From positions 1 through 64,000 of IMG/VR virus record IMGVR_UViG_3300037991_004722: DNA of 64,000 nt, one strand, 5' to 3'. The translations under genes and the position numbers were made by a program. Shown here in pieces: positions 9,682-21,200 of this stretch. The DNA is from an uncultured virus (IMG/VR IMGVR_UViG_3300037991_004722) (lineage: Duplodnaviria > Heunggongvirae > Uroviricota > Caudoviricetes). Numbering within the stretch: position 1 is the stretch's first letter; each line of letters begins with the position of its first letter. A model generated the notes under the pieces. It was not told the origin of the DNA. It searched no databases and was given only the letters and a program-made list of their open reading frames with translations.

Positions 9682-11127
9682 GTGAATCTCAAAGAAATCC
9701 GCGAAGAAATCAACTCTGCGTTGGACTACAACCCAGACCTCAAGCAGTACGATGATAACCTCACGAGGGTCATTAACCGGCACTACCTGCAGGTTTCCAG
9801 CCAGTATCAGTGGCTGTTCATGCAGAAACGCTATGAGTTTATGATCAGGGCTGACATTGATGGTAGCAGCACTGATACCCTTACAGGAGACGGAACCCGA
9901 AAGGTAGTGCTACCCACGACTACTGGTGCCGGTATTAAAAACCTTCCAAGTGATATCGAAGGTAAAACTCTAGTAATCAACAACGTTAAATATACGATTA
10001 CTCGATATGTTGACGCTAGAACCTTCATTATCGACCAGCCATTAGATTCCGGCACATATACTTCATGGAAGATTCAATATGTAATTTACCCAATGCCCAA
10101 AGATTCCATTGAAGTGTTGGGCATTATGGATCGAGGAATCGTTACAAACGAAACGGTTACGTATAGCTCTGACACTACAAGTTCGACATTGACTGCCCCA
10201 AATCGTGGCAGATTCATGTTTCTTGATGCTCGAAAAGAAGAGAACCTGTATCTTGACCGTGCGGATACTGGTGATCCGTTTGTAAGCATAGAGGAAATGC
10301 CGCCTGCTATCGTTCGGCCACCAGATTATGCTCCTGTTTTATTTGATTTTGAACACGGTGATGGTCTGCTTATTGCCGGGCAAACATATGAGTACTGCTA
10401 TACATTTTTGTACGCTGGCCAAGAAAGTTCTCCATCTCCCGTTTCTTCAGTTACGTTGCCGACCAGCGGAAAAAAATATAGGGTTGTTCTTGATAAACTT
10501 ATAGACACATCCGCACACAGAAGCAGTGGATCCACCGACACTGGTAGGCTTAAAAAGATTTACAGACGCTTGGTAAATCCTTTAGTTGATCCCAAATTAA
10601 TTGTTGCTACAAGATTAGACTCTGGTGTTGGAAATTGGCGTCATATTGCCACAGTTAAAGAAGACACCGGTAAATATGTAGACGAAGGAAAAGAACTTAC
10701 AACGGCGACAGTTGTGGGTTCTGATGGAACGCTTAGCGACACCGTTGATCCAACTGGCGATTTGTTCGATTTAGCTTTGCTCGATGAGTCAGGACCAAGG
10801 CAGTACCTTCGGTTATGGTACACGCCCAAAAGTGACTACATGGTTGAGGCTCGGTATCACAAGAGGCCGTTTCGCCTGGTCAATGACTCGGATTCGCCAG
10901 ATTGGCCTGTGCAGTACCACCACTACTTGGTGTACTCGGCTTTGAAAGACATCGCCATGCAGCACGGGATGGCAACCTATAGTCAACTGTACGAAGCAAG
11001 AGCTAAAGACCTTCTTGAGCGCATGAAGAGCAAGTATTTGTCTCGCAGCGACAGGATGTATGTGCGCCGTGGCTTTGATCGAGCCATGGCTGATCGTGAA
11101 CGTTTTGGCATTCCGAGTAAATCATGA
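9682..11127 (+). CDS. head-tail adaptor-like virion protein
   Basis: GGAG SD plus GTG (MNLKEIREEI); C-terminal DSDSPDWPVQYHHYLVYSA typical of adaptor proteins. Confidence 0.6.
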   Translation: MNLKEIREEINSALDYNPDLKQYDDNLTRVINRHYLQVSSQYQWLFMQKRYEFMIRADIDGSSTDTLTGDGTRKVVLPTTTGAGIKNLPSDIEGKTLVINNVKYTITRYVDARTFIIDQPLDSGTYTSWKIQYVIYPMPKDSIEVLGIMDRGIVTNETVTYSSDTTSSTLTAPNRGRFMFLDARKEENLYLDRADTGDPFVSIEEMPPAIVRPPDYAPVLFDFEHGDGLLIAGQTYEYCYTFLYAGQESSPSPVSSVTLPTSGKKYRVVLDKLIDTSAHRSSGSTDTGRLKKIYRRLVNPLVDPKLIVATRLDSGVGNWRHIATVKEDTGKYVDEGKELTTATVVGSDGTLSDTVDPTGDLFDLALLDESGPRQYLRLWYTPKSDYMVEARYHKRPFRLVNDSDSPDWPVQYHHYLVYSALKDIAMQHGMATYSQLYEARAKDLLERMKSKYLSRSDRMYVRRGFDRAMADRERFGIPSKS

Positions 11128-13406
11128 AGACACAAAGATTTGAAGTTGCTCGATTGCGCGGAATGGATCAGCGTTGGCGTGTTTCAGCCGATTCTGCTGC
11201 CAAAATTAAAGAAATGTCGTGGGACAGTTATGATGGCTGGAAGAATGCTGGCGCATACGACCTGATTACGTACGATGACTATGACTGGGGCTTTTTTCAC
11301 TCTGAGATTACCTCGATTCATTTTTTGTCTCGCCACAATGGTGCGCAGCGGTCTGTAATTTTTGAGGACGCAAAAGGCGGTCTCCGAAAAATAGCGCCGA
11401 CTAATTTTGATGTTTTGACATCGGAAAAACCATACGTCGACTTGGAGGACCTTGAAGGAAAGGTCTACAACGGTGGCTCTGGAGTTGCTCAAAGAAAGCG
11501 ATTCGTTCCAACAACGTCTTCCATTGGGTCTCAAAGTGTAGCGTTCGGTGGTCGTCTGTATTTGGTTAATGGTGTCGATGAGCCGTCTGTTTACGATGGT
11601 CGATATGTCAGCCGTGCTGGTTTCTCTTCACAACCGTCTGCGCCATCTGCAACCGTTGTGTTTCGTGAGTACTACAATGAGGCTCGCGATACGAGTCGCG
11701 TAGATGAAACCAAATACATGCTCGGCACCAGGACCAAGGGTCAAGGCCTTGGCAGCTTGAAACCAAAGGGAGCAAAAACAAGCCTTAAGGGTGCGGGTAT
11801 TCGCCAAAATTGGCTGGACTCAAAAATTTGCGGGTACCAATACCGGGTAAGTTTCGTAAACAATCGGGGCCAAGAAAGTCCTTTGTCAGACCCAAGCAAC
11901 ATTTGTCAGTTTGAGTGCTGCGATGGTCGGCGTAGATTTACCTCGATGACGTTGCCTATTGGTGGTCCTGAGGTTGTTGCTCGAAGGATTTACAGAACGA
12001 GAGATATCTTTGACGATTACGGAAATGCAATCAGTTCTGAGATTGGTCGAAACTTTCACTTTTTAAAAGAAGTTCAAGACAATGAAACGACCATGATTGA
12101 AGATGGCATTTCTGATGAAAATCTTGGCGGCATTCGGGACCCGGAAGACTTTGGCCCGTTTCCTGCGCAGGCAAAGTACATCGCAACGTTTAAGAACACT
12201 ATCTTTGTTGCTGGAATGCCAAACAATCTGATTCAATTCAGCGCGCCTGGAATGCCGGAAGTGTTTCCTCGTGACAACATCTTTGACATTGGTGATGCTG
12301 AGGCAGGTGAAATAACTGGCCTGTATGCCACCACAAACGCTTTAGTTGTCTTCAAAGAGCATGGCATCTACTTTATTAAGGGAAGCCCTCGTACAGGGTT
12401 TGTAGCGCAAACGTTGACCAGAGATATTGGTTGCATTGCCCCGAACTCGATCAAAGACGTTCCTCAGACCGGCCTCGTATTTCTTTCCAGCAATGGCGTC
12501 TATGTAGTTCGCGGCATGCTTGAAGACACAAACGCTCCGACACAAGTGGTTGAGTTGAGCACTCCCATTAAAGACTTGGTTGAGCGAATTGGTTTTTCAG
12601 CCGCTGGATCTGCTGTTGGGTGCTTGAATCGAAACAACAAAGAGTACTGGCTATGCGTTCCGACTATTGGAAAGAAAAACAATCTTCTATTGGTCTGGCA
12701 CTATGAGATTGGTGCTTGGAGTTTTAGGGAAAACTACCCGATTCAATGCGCAACTGAAGTCCGTGGCCGAAAGTCCTACGTATTTTTTGGTTCGCATGAC
12801 ACTGAAAACTCTCCTGGCATTCATGTTTATTCTGATTTCTATCGAAAGAAGAATGAGCTTGGCTCTGAATCGTCTTTAGGTTTGGGCCAAGATGATGGTG
12901 CCCCAATCATTTCGTACACGGCAACGTTGGACTACCCGCTGTATGAAACGTCTCCTATTTCATTCAGCAGTGTTTTCTCAGCAGTTCAAGTTGGGTACAT
13001 AAACTGCTATGCAGTGGCGTATGGAAATGAAGACTTAAAAACCAACTTTAAAATCAATCGCTCATCAACCGTAAGTCTGTCTGAAAACAAAGGCAGAAAA
13101 CAACAGCATGTTGATCAATCCGAACAGATGCCAGTTTACGCAGGAACAGGGCTACCCGCCTCCGCTGATGTTGCAAAGTTTGACAGTGGAGACGTTTGGG
13201 GTTTTCATAGGCCAATTGTGATCAGGTACGACGTTAGTCATATGCACAAAACCTTGGCGACTGAGTTCGCTATTCAATTTTTGCAGGACGATAAAAATAC
13301 GTTCCCAAACCGGATGATGGTCGTTGGATGGAGCGCAGACGTTAAGGTTGGAGAACAGCGCAACATTCGAATGATGACGGATGTTTTGACTTCTGAGAAG
13401 AGATAA
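11124..13406 (+). CDS. tail nozzle/stabilisation protein (beta-propeller-like)
   Basis: 760 aa; GEITGLY..LVVFKEHGIY, DIGCIAPNSI, LVFLSSNGVY. Confidence 0.7.
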   Translation: MKTQRFEVARLRGMDQRWRVSADSAAKIKEMSWDSYDGWKNAGAYDLITYDDYDWGFFHSEITSIHFLSRHNGAQRSVIFEDAKGGLRKIAPTNFDVLTSEKPYVDLEDLEGKVYNGGSGVAQRKRFVPTTSSIGSQSVAFGGRLYLVNGVDEPSVYDGRYVSRAGFSSQPSAPSATVVFREYYNEARDTSRVDETKYMLGTRTKGQGLGSLKPKGAKTSLKGAGIRQNWLDSKICGYQYRVSFVNNRGQESPLSDPSNICQFECCDGRRRFTSMTLPIGGPEVVARRIYRTRDIFDDYGNAISSEIGRNFHFLKEVQDNETTMIEDGISDENLGGIRDPEDFGPFPAQAKYIATFKNTIFVAGMPNNLIQFSAPGMPEVFPRDNIFDIGDAEAGEITGLYATTNALVVFKEHGIYFIKGSPRTGFVAQTLTRDIGCIAPNSIKDVPQTGLVFLSSNGVYVVRGMLEDTNAPTQVVELSTPIKDLVERIGFSAAGSAVGCLNRNNKEYWLCVPTIGKKNNLLLVWHYEIGAWSFRENYPIQCATEVRGRKSYVFFGSHDTENSPGIHVYSDFYRKKNELGSESSLGLGQDDGAPIISYTATLDYPLYETSPISFSSVFSAVQVGYINCYAVAYGNEDLKTNFKINRSSTVSLSENKGRKQQHVDQSEQMPVYAGTGLPASADVAKFDSGDVWGFHRPIVIRYDVSHMHKTLATEFAIQFLQDDKNTFPNRMMVVGWSADVKVGEQRNIRMMTDVLTSEKR

Positions 13407-13408
13407 TA

Positions 13409-14449
13409 ATGGCCATTAAGTTTCCAATACGACGACCAGAAGCGGGTGAAGTTGTTCATCCCGACGACTTGAACCTGAACTTCAAAGAGTTCGTAGATGA
13501 ACTGAATGGAAACATTGATTCGGACAACCTCAAGAATGACTTTGGGACGGCAGGCAAAATTACAAACAGTTGCTTTGCTGATGAGTCATTTACAGAGTGC
13601 TTTCAAGACACCTTTAACTCTGTAAGAAGGCCGTCTGGAATGTTTGAGTGCAGCCATGAAACCACTGGTTTTATATCTACAGACGATAACGGAGTAGAGC
13701 TTCCATCAGTAGAGTTTAATGCTGAAGCTGATGGTTGGATTATAGTGGACTTTGCAGCATCCCATATATGGGAAGGCAACGGTTTTGTTAGTGAGGAAGA
13801 GGCTGAAACATATATGGATGTTGGCGAAGAGCACTTTCATCCATTCGCTGGAGAAACCAGCGATAATCTCGGCAACCCTTTAAACGATCCTCCAGGCGGA
13901 TGGCTTGGCGTTAGTGGTGGAAAGAGAACAGGACTTGAAACCTCAATTGGAACTATGCTTCCTGGCGATGGACTTACGGTAACTCCTCCGGTGAAAGTGT
14001 TTAAACACAAGAATTACCCGCAAGGCCGCTGGGTTGGAAGACCAATAGATCGTTATGCCGTGCAGTATAAAGTTGAAGTTAATGGAAACGACATATCAGA
14101 AAGCGGGTGGTTGTTTAACGGCAACCAGCGTTACGGAATTTACCTGTGCGGATCTGTTCCGGTAGTTGCTGGTAAAAACAAAGTAGTCGTATCTGTTCGG
14201 GCTGTTGCGCATTTCGAACTCAAAGCAAGCGAAAGAGGCGTTGGTGCAGTCATCGACGGAGCGGCTGGAAAATATAGCCCGCTCCAAACTTTGATTACTA
14301 TGGATGGAACATCGACGCTTCCAAAGAGAACAAAAATTGATGGTACGGACTTTAATATTCCATCAGATCAAGCCGTCTCAGAATTTGAAATTGGAATCGA
14401 TTGTTTTGTTCAGTCTGCAAATTTAGTTGTTCAATACAGGAAAGCGTAA
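13409..14449 (+). CDS. tail appendage protein 1
   Basis: tail module; N-terminal anchor-like segment shared with the next two genes. Confidence 0.55.
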   Translation: MAIKFPIRRPEAGEVVHPDDLNLNFKEFVDELNGNIDSDNLKNDFGTAGKITNSCFADESFTECFQDTFNSVRRPSGMFECSHETTGFISTDDNGVELPSVEFNAEADGWIIVDFAASHIWEGNGFVSEEEAETYMDVGEEHFHPFAGETSDNLGNPLNDPPGGWLGVSGGKRTGLETSIGTMLPGDGLTVTPPVKVFKHKNYPQGRWVGRPIDRYAVQYKVEVNGNDISESGWLFNGNQRYGIYLCGSVPVVAGKNKVVVSVRAVAHFELKASERGVGAVIDGAAGKYSPLQTLITMDGTSTLPKRTKIDGTDFNIPSDQAVSEFEIGIDCFVQSANLVVQYRKA

Positions 14450-15408
14450 TGGCTAGGATTAAGCTGCCCGAGTTTAAAGAAAATGAGGAGATTACATCTT
14501 CGCAATTTAATGAAGTCAATGAAGCGTTTAAGTCATTTACAGTGAATGGTGAGAATCTTGCGAATGAGGCAATCAACGAAGACTTTGTTAACAACGATGC
14601 TGTTTTCGGGAGCGTGAACTCAACAAGCGATGCCGGAAAAGTGATTAGCTGTGTTTCAGCTAAGTCTAGAGGCGACTGGCTTGCGGCTAACGGAAACTGG
14701 CTTCTTGATAAAGATTCTGTCACAGTCACAAATCTCGCTACGTCAGACAAGGCGCTGGTTCGTGCGAGTTGCAGGGTCTACATTGCAGACGTAGGCGCAA
14801 AAACTTTTTTCTCTGGAAGAACGCCTGTAGTAAAACTGATGCTCGCTTATCGCACCAATGTTGAAAGCAGCACTGGCGATGATTCTGGTTGGACCTTTCT
14901 GCCCGAAACATGCCAAGAATTTCGTCTTGCGTTCAGCACTAAAATACCCAGCGACTCAAGTTTGTCTTGGCAAACAGGAAACGACAGCGGTCAATTGTAT
15001 ACAGTTGGTGGAAGCACTAAACGCTTGGAAGATTTGATGGTTCCGATCAAGAGGGGGCTACCTGAAAACAGGTCAGACTTCCCATACGAAGTTCTTCACA
15101 GAGATACAACTGACCCATCAGAAAAAGGCTCAANNNNNNNNNNAAGCCGTTACAGCCTTTCATATAGGTACCATAATAGTCTTGATTCAGATTTTTCATA
15201 CACTACTGCGTACTTGTTTAATAACGGTACAGGTTTAACATATGACAATGTCCAGTTTGCTCTTTGGGGTTCATTCTGGGGTTTCGATGCTGGCGGTGGA
15301 GATCTTGGGGCAGGCAGTCCAGGCAATGTAAAAGGGTGCCTTAAGCCACAATTTGATTCGTTCACTTTGTATGATTTTAATCTATATGCACATCAAATAA
15401 AAAGGTAG
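14449..15408 (+). CDS. tail appendage protein 2 (contains N gap; frame across the gap uncertain)
   Basis: TAATG overlap with the previous gene; similar N-terminus. Confidence 0.5.
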   Translation: MARIKLPEFKENEEITSSQFNEVNEAFKSFTVNGENLANEAINEDFVNNDAVFGSVNSTSDAGKVISCVSAKSRGDWLAANGNWLLDKDSVTVTNLATSDKALVRASCRVYIADVGAKTFFSGRTPVVKLMLAYRTNVESSTGDDSGWTFLPETCQEFRLAFSTKIPSDSSLSWQTGNDSGQLYTVGGSTKRLEDLMVPIKRGLPENRSDFPYEVLHRDTTDPSEKGSXXXXSRYSLSYRYHNSLDSDFSYTTAYLFNNGTGLTYDNVQFALWGSFWGFDAGGGDLGAGSPGNVKGCLKPQFDSFTLYDFNLYAHQIKR

Positions 15409-15414
15409 AGTGGT

Positions 15415-16209
15415 ATGCCAATAGATGAAACTATATTTGCTGACGTAGCCTCGAATGATACAATCGATGCAAGCGACATACGTAATCGATTTAGAGAACT
15501 TCAACGTTTTGTAAATGGTGGAATCAGTCCCCGCACGGTTACGTTGGGCGGTGATTTTGAAGACACTGATTTTATTAAGACTCAGCATATTGAAAAGCCT
15601 GAGTTTTACGGATCACCGCATCCAAGAGTAGAAGCGATATCTTCGGACACAATATTCAGAAGACGAAGCAACAACCGCTTGGATCGATACTATCGGCATG
15701 AGCAAATTGGATCAGTGTTGCAGGATGACTTTTCTGGAGCAGACAACAAGCTGAGCGCATGGCAGCCCATTGATGGAATGGCTGCTACGGTTTTTTGCAG
15801 AGAGGCCTGCACAGCAATGGTCATGGGAAGCTTCTACGTACATGACTCTGGGGGTAGTGATGGATACGCAAACTTAGACAATTTGAGGTCGGCAACAACC
15901 AGGCAAGAAGCGGCCTATACGAGGGCAATGCTGGCTGGTCGAGTAATCGGTGAGACATCTTTATTTTTAGATACCGGGTCTGGACCATCACTGGTAGACA
16001 ACACAAAACGCAGAATCTTTTCTCGCGGAGAGCAGGCCTATAATTGCAGGCGAATAAACCACTCATTTACGATTCCAGTTAGTTTGTCGAAAGGTGAAAA
16101 TAAAATCTCATACAGGTTTTACTATCGACTCAAACGGCGAGATGATGAAGGCGTAAGACACATTTACTTTGATGCTAGAAACTTTGTCGTTGACTGCTTG
16201 TACAAGTGA
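15415..16209 (+). CDS. tail appendage protein 3
   Basis: 264 aa, similar N-terminus, position. Confidence 0.5.
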   Translation: MPIDETIFADVASNDTIDASDIRNRFRELQRFVNGGISPRTVTLGGDFEDTDFIKTQHIEKPEFYGSPHPRVEAISSDTIFRRRSNNRLDRYYRHEQIGSVLQDDFSGADNKLSAWQPIDGMAATVFCREACTAMVMGSFYVHDSGGSDGYANLDNLRSATTRQEAAYTRAMLAGRVIGETSLFLDTGSGPSLVDNTKRRIFSRGEQAYNCRRINHSFTIPVSLSKGENKISYRFYYRLKRRDDEGVRHIYFDARNFVVDCLYK

Positions 16210-16230
16210 TATGATTTAGGAGAGGTACCG

Positions 16231-16641
16231 ATGGCTAACGAAGGCACATACATTGCAGGCGCGGCAAGCGGTGCCCTTTCAGGCGCAGCCTCGGGAATGG
16301 CGCTCGGTCCCGCTGGCGCTGTTGTAGGCGGCCTTGTTGGTCTTGGTGTAGGGTTGTTTGGTGCCAGTGAGGCCGAAAAAGCTGAAAAAGAACGCAAAGC
16401 ACTTGAAAGAAAACAACGCCGAGAACGCAAAGATGCGCAGGCACGTCTTCGTCGTTCTGAACGAACAGAAGCTGCCGTTAGAAGAGAGCGTTCTGCGCGA
16501 GCAGCAAAAGAACAAACCGATCTTCCGGGGGTTCGCCTTTCGGAAGAAGACCTGGGCCTGTCAGGCAACATGGCGATGGGTGGCGGCACTCCATATGACA
16601 ACTACTTGGCCGTTACCTACGGTCGAAAGACCTTTGTGTAG
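16231..16641 (+). CDS. small internal virion (ejection) protein
   Basis: glycine-zipper N-terminus (GAASGALSGAASG...GGLVGLGVG) plus charged coil. Confidence 0.6.
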   Translation: MANEGTYIAGAASGALSGAASGMALGPAGAVVGGLVGLGVGLFGASEAEKAEKERKALERKQRRERKDAQARLRRSERTEAAVRRERSARAAKEQTDLPGVRLSEEDLGLSGNMAMGGGTPYDNYLAVTYGRKTFV

Positions 16642-16649
16642 GGGTAAAC

Positions 16650-17687
16650 ATGTCTATATCTGATATATCCGATAATTTATTGTTGATGGATGCATTGAGG
16701 TCTGAGCGAGAAAGAGAAGAAGACATTTATCGCGGTCGTTCTTATTTGGGCGCTGGTGCTGAGTTGTTCGCAAATATGACTGCGAACTTTCAAGGTATTA
16801 CGGATGCAGGTGCTCGAATTGCGTTGGCTCAAAAGCAAATCGACGAAATAAAAACGATGCAGGATCAGCCTGTTGAAGTAGATATAGACGACGCCCAAGA
16901 CAGGGCCCAGCTTGATCAACTGGGACAAAACATTGCTTCTGCTGCTGCGATGAACCCAACACAGGCATCAAGAATTTTAGGCGAGTACGAACGAACCAAA
17001 GAAAAGACTTTGGATAAATCTAGAATTGACAGAGAGGTCGCCAGACAAACAGGTGAGGCTAAAAAAACAGCCGCACTTCTTCCCGCAAAACAGGAAGCTG
17101 AACGAGCCAAGCTAACAGCAGAGCAAGAAAAACCCGGCGTTTACGATTTTCTTAGCGGGGCTGTTGAGCCTATTTTTACTCTTCTTGCTGCATCTAGGCC
17201 GAAGACTGAGCAGCGTCGTCAAGAAGACATTGCCACTCGGGCAAACAAAAGAATTGGCATCTTGCAAAAAAGAATTGATACGGGCACCGCAAATGACCCT
17301 GACGCACTTGCGAAAAGAATTAAAGAATTAAAAGCAGAAGGCCAAGAGGCTGCCAAAAAAACCAACATCCTTCGCGAGCAAAGATTCAGGCGAGCACAGG
17401 CGGCCATCGGCCTTAGAGAGCCTGAAACTTTTGGGACGAATTTGGCCAACTTGACGGGCGGAACGACTGAAACTGCACCGGCTCTGCCTGAGCCTGAACC
17501 GTCTTTTACTGGCTTTGACCCGCTTTCTCTTGAGTACAAACCAGGCACCGGCAATATTTTTAATTTTTCTGAAACTCCAGACGATGGAGTGGTTGTCTCG
17601 GATGACAACCCATTAGAAAAAGGCGTTGGAAACCCTAAAAGAGGTTCGTCGCGCTACAGGCTTCCAAAAGATAGAAGGACGAAGTAA
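16650..17687 (+). CDS. putative internal virion protein
   Basis: 345 aa helical, position. Confidence 0.5.
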   Translation: MSISDISDNLLLMDALRSEREREEDIYRGRSYLGAGAELFANMTANFQGITDAGARIALAQKQIDEIKTMQDQPVEVDIDDAQDRAQLDQLGQNIASAAAMNPTQASRILGEYERTKEKTLDKSRIDREVARQTGEAKKTAALLPAKQEAERAKLTAEQEKPGVYDFLSGAVEPIFTLLAASRPKTEQRRQEDIATRANKRIGILQKRIDTGTANDPDALAKRIKELKAEGQEAAKKTNILREQRFRRAQAAIGLREPETFGTNLANLTGGTTETAPALPEPEPSFTGFDPLSLEYKPGTGNIFNFSETPDDGVVVSDDNPLEKGVGNPKRGSSRYRLPKDRRTK

Positions 17688-18218
17688 GTGCCATGGAAAA
17701 ACGGTCGGTACGTTCCTCGGTTGCAGCCTGATCCAAATCAGTTCGTTGCAGGCACAAGCATGGAACCAATTGCTGAAGACTTGACGGAATCTAAAGTTCC
17801 CGATGATTTGTTTACTGAAGCCGTGTCGTTGAGAGTCTTTGCTCTTGGATCGTTCACGGCCTCGTTTTTGAAGAGGGTTCTGCCTTCGTCTGTTTTTTCA
17901 GTAAAAAACGGCATGAGAAGTTTGTTTGGTTCTGGATTTGTAGGCTCCGACATGATTGAGAACGGGTCTATTACTGGGTCTAAAATTACCAACCCCATTA
18001 AGGTTGCGCTTATTGATGGGGGCGCTGCCGGAAATCATACAGTTGCGGGCATAAAGATTACCGACGAATTGATTTCTGTTTTAGAGCAACATGGAACATC
18101 TGGAATACTTACAGATTTAACAACCGAGTTTTCTATTAAGAAAGCAGATACAATCGACAACACTGGTGGCACTGCTACAAGTAGCGATAAACTGCTTGTC
18201 TTGTATTTAAGCAAATAG
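17688..18218 (+). CDS. virion structural protein
   Basis: IENGSITGSKI fibre-like repeat and beta-rich C-terminus. Confidence 0.5.
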   Translation: MPWKNGRYVPRLQPDPNQFVAGTSMEPIAEDLTESKVPDDLFTEAVSLRVFALGSFTASFLKRVLPSSVFSVKNGMRSLFGSGFVGSDMIENGSITGSKITNPIKVALIDGGAAGNHTVAGIKITDELISVLEQHGTSGILTDLTTEFSIKKADTIDNTGGTATSSDKLLVLYLSK

Positions 18219-18228
18219 AGAGAGCATC

Positions 18229-21200
18229 ATGTCTGGAAAAGAAATCGTAGCTAAACTGAACCAACAGATTGGACCATCGGCTCAGGCCTACTACAAAAAA
18301 GTCCAGGGTGATTTCGATTCCGCACTGAGGCGCGCTGATCAACTTGATCGTCAGATTGCGCGACTGACACAGTATCAGCTTTCGTATTCAGGGAAAGGTT
18401 CAAGAAGCCAGAGAGATGCTGACAAACGACTTCTTGGATCCTACACGAGGCTGCAACAAAAAGATGGGAAAGACGTAAAGAAGTGGAATGATCGGAGTAA
18501 AGCTGCGCTGCTAAAGCTTCAAAAAACAACTAACGATCACGTCTCAGAGGCCCAAGCCGCCGTTGGTGGTGATGAAGCAAAAGGTACTTTTGATAAGGCA
18601 ATAACAATGCCTGAAAAGTTCATAGGTGAGCTGAACGAGCACCTTGCGACTTCTGGATTGCTTCCAAAAACGGGTAAACCAAAAAAGGTTGATTTTGCTT
18701 TAATTCATGCGTATGCCATCGCCAGACAAAGGATTGATCAATCGAAGGATGTGACCGAGGAAAACAAGAAAAAGATTAAGGATCAGATTGATGCTGAGGT
18801 TGCTAAACACTTCAAAAACATGAGGTCTGACGTAGGGCTTACTCAAGAAGCAATTAATCCGAATGTATTGATCAACGACTACGCTCCAATTTTGACCGAC
18901 AGTAAAATTGCTGAAGTAATGGCGGATGAAGAGTATCTTCGGCGACTTATTCCTTCAATACCGGAAAAACCGGCAGGAGAAGACTACACGATTGAAATCA
19001 ACTGGCTGAAGAGAAGCCTTGGAATGCCGGTTAAAGGGGAATCAAGGCAAGCCCCAGCGGCAGCAATGCAAGCCCCAGCAGCTACGGCTCCGGTTGAAGA
19101 AAAACAGAAGTACATCGGCCCTGGGCTAAAGATAGATGGCGACAACGTAACCGTGGATGATTCACAGCCTGCCGAGGTTCAGGCGGCAGTAATGGACTCT
19201 TTGAAGGCCAAAAGCATTCAGGTTCCTATTTCTTACAGCAAATACGTTCAATCGCCAGCAGTTGTTGCGGCAACGCTTGATCCATCAAAAAGCAGCACTG
19301 ATTACCAAGTTGAGATTGATAAGCTGAAGGCGCGTCGTGATCAGATTCTAGAATCGGCAGCCCGTGGTGGACGCGTCTCTAAAGAACAACTGGCATCGCT
19401 GACCCACCCTGTACTTGCGGTTGCTGGCTTTCGAGATGCGCTCGATGTCGACATTCCTATCGAGCAGCAATTTCCACAATTGTTTGGTACTGCTCAAGAA
19501 GAAAGCGCAGGCCTTACTGACGAAGAAATCATGGGCCCAGACGAGCCCGATGATGGCCTTATGCCTGATCGAATGGATATTTCACCGTCAGGCCTGAAGG
19601 CGGGTGAACAATTTGATCCGTCTTCTGTTGAGTATAAAGAATCGACCAGTGTTAATCATGCTGGTGAGAACGTAATTGGCGCTGTTGTAAATCGATTTAA
19701 GAATGCAGCAAACCCCAATAGCGACACCGACCCCACAGACATTCTTAACGATTTTGGGCTTCTCCCTGAAGACGTGAAGAGAATGTTTCCAGTTGATCTT
19801 CAAGAGAAAATGTTGGATATCGCTCAAGGGGTAAACATGAAGGGCGGTGGCCCAGATGAAAAAAGAGCGGCGTTGAAAAATTTGCTGGTCGAGTATCAAG
19901 GCCAGTTGGATACGATTATTTCCGAAGATCAGCGATCAGTCTCACACTACGTGACGACAATTGATCAATCAAATCTTTTGAACCCAGATACTATTGAAGT
20001 AATTGAATTGATTAACTTTCTGAATCACCCTGGATCACTTCCAGAAGGCCATGAGGTTCGTCCAGAAAACGTTCAGAGGCAAGTCTTAGGTGATGCTGGC
20101 TCAAAGTTTATTGATGCTGGTTTTGGGTCTTTTGATCCTGATGCCGATCCTGTCGAATCGCCTGTGTCGCTTTCCAGCATTATTGAGCAGGCCCAAGAGT
20201 CCATCACTGGCGAAGAAATCAAAGTTTCAGATGAGCCCGATGATGACTTTATGCCTGATCGAATGGATACTTCACCGTCTGGTTTAACGGTGGCAACGTC
20301 AAGCAAACGATTTGATCCAACGTCATTTACTGCGAGCAGCCCTGGTGAGTTGGATTTGATTCGATTTGTTACAGGGGGCGCAATATCAGGCAAGCCAGCC
20401 TTCATTCCAAGTGAAACTCCACTGGTTACCGGTGATACTATTGCTACAGGGCCCATGCAGCCATCGGTCACTGAGCAACTGGCAGCAAGAGGGGAAATGC
20501 CTAGTGGGGGTCGGGCCTATACCCTCAAAGAGTTGGACGATCTTAAAAAAGCGAAGGAGGCCGTTGCCGACGCTCTTTACCGTGGAGATCCAGACGTTTC
20601 CTCATTGATGAATGAATACACAATCAATGCTGAAATGTTGGGCTTGAAGGATGAAAAAATATCATTGGATGACTCACCATTGAAACGGCAAGCAGACCAA
20701 AAGAAAGCCGATGAGGCTGCTGTGGCTGCAGCCCAAGAGCCTGCTGCGCCTGCTGTAGCTGCAGCACCCAAGGCAGCACCCAAGGCAGCACCCAAGGCAG
20801 CACCCAAACCACCAACCGCACCCAAGGCAGCCCCTAAGGCTGCTCCTGCGAAACCAAGCTATCGTGGCCTCATAGACCTTACGCCATCAGAAATGGATCT
20901 CTGGAAGAGAACAACAGCCGCATTGAAAGACTACGCTGTTCGTACAAATTTGCGCGGCCAGAATATGTCGAAGGTTATACTTCAAACTAGAGAACTGGCT
21001 TCAAAGCTTAATCTAAATCCAAAAACTGGAGATAAAGCATTTGAAGACATCTATTATTCAACTGATTTGGGTAGAAGTGACCCTGAGTACGCTTCATATC
21101 TAGAAGAAACGGGCGTCAAAACAGAAGAGCCGAAAACCCAAGTTGCTGGCGGCCTCGTCGTTCCAGAAGAGGGCGGCAACCCGGCTGCCCCTGCTCCTGA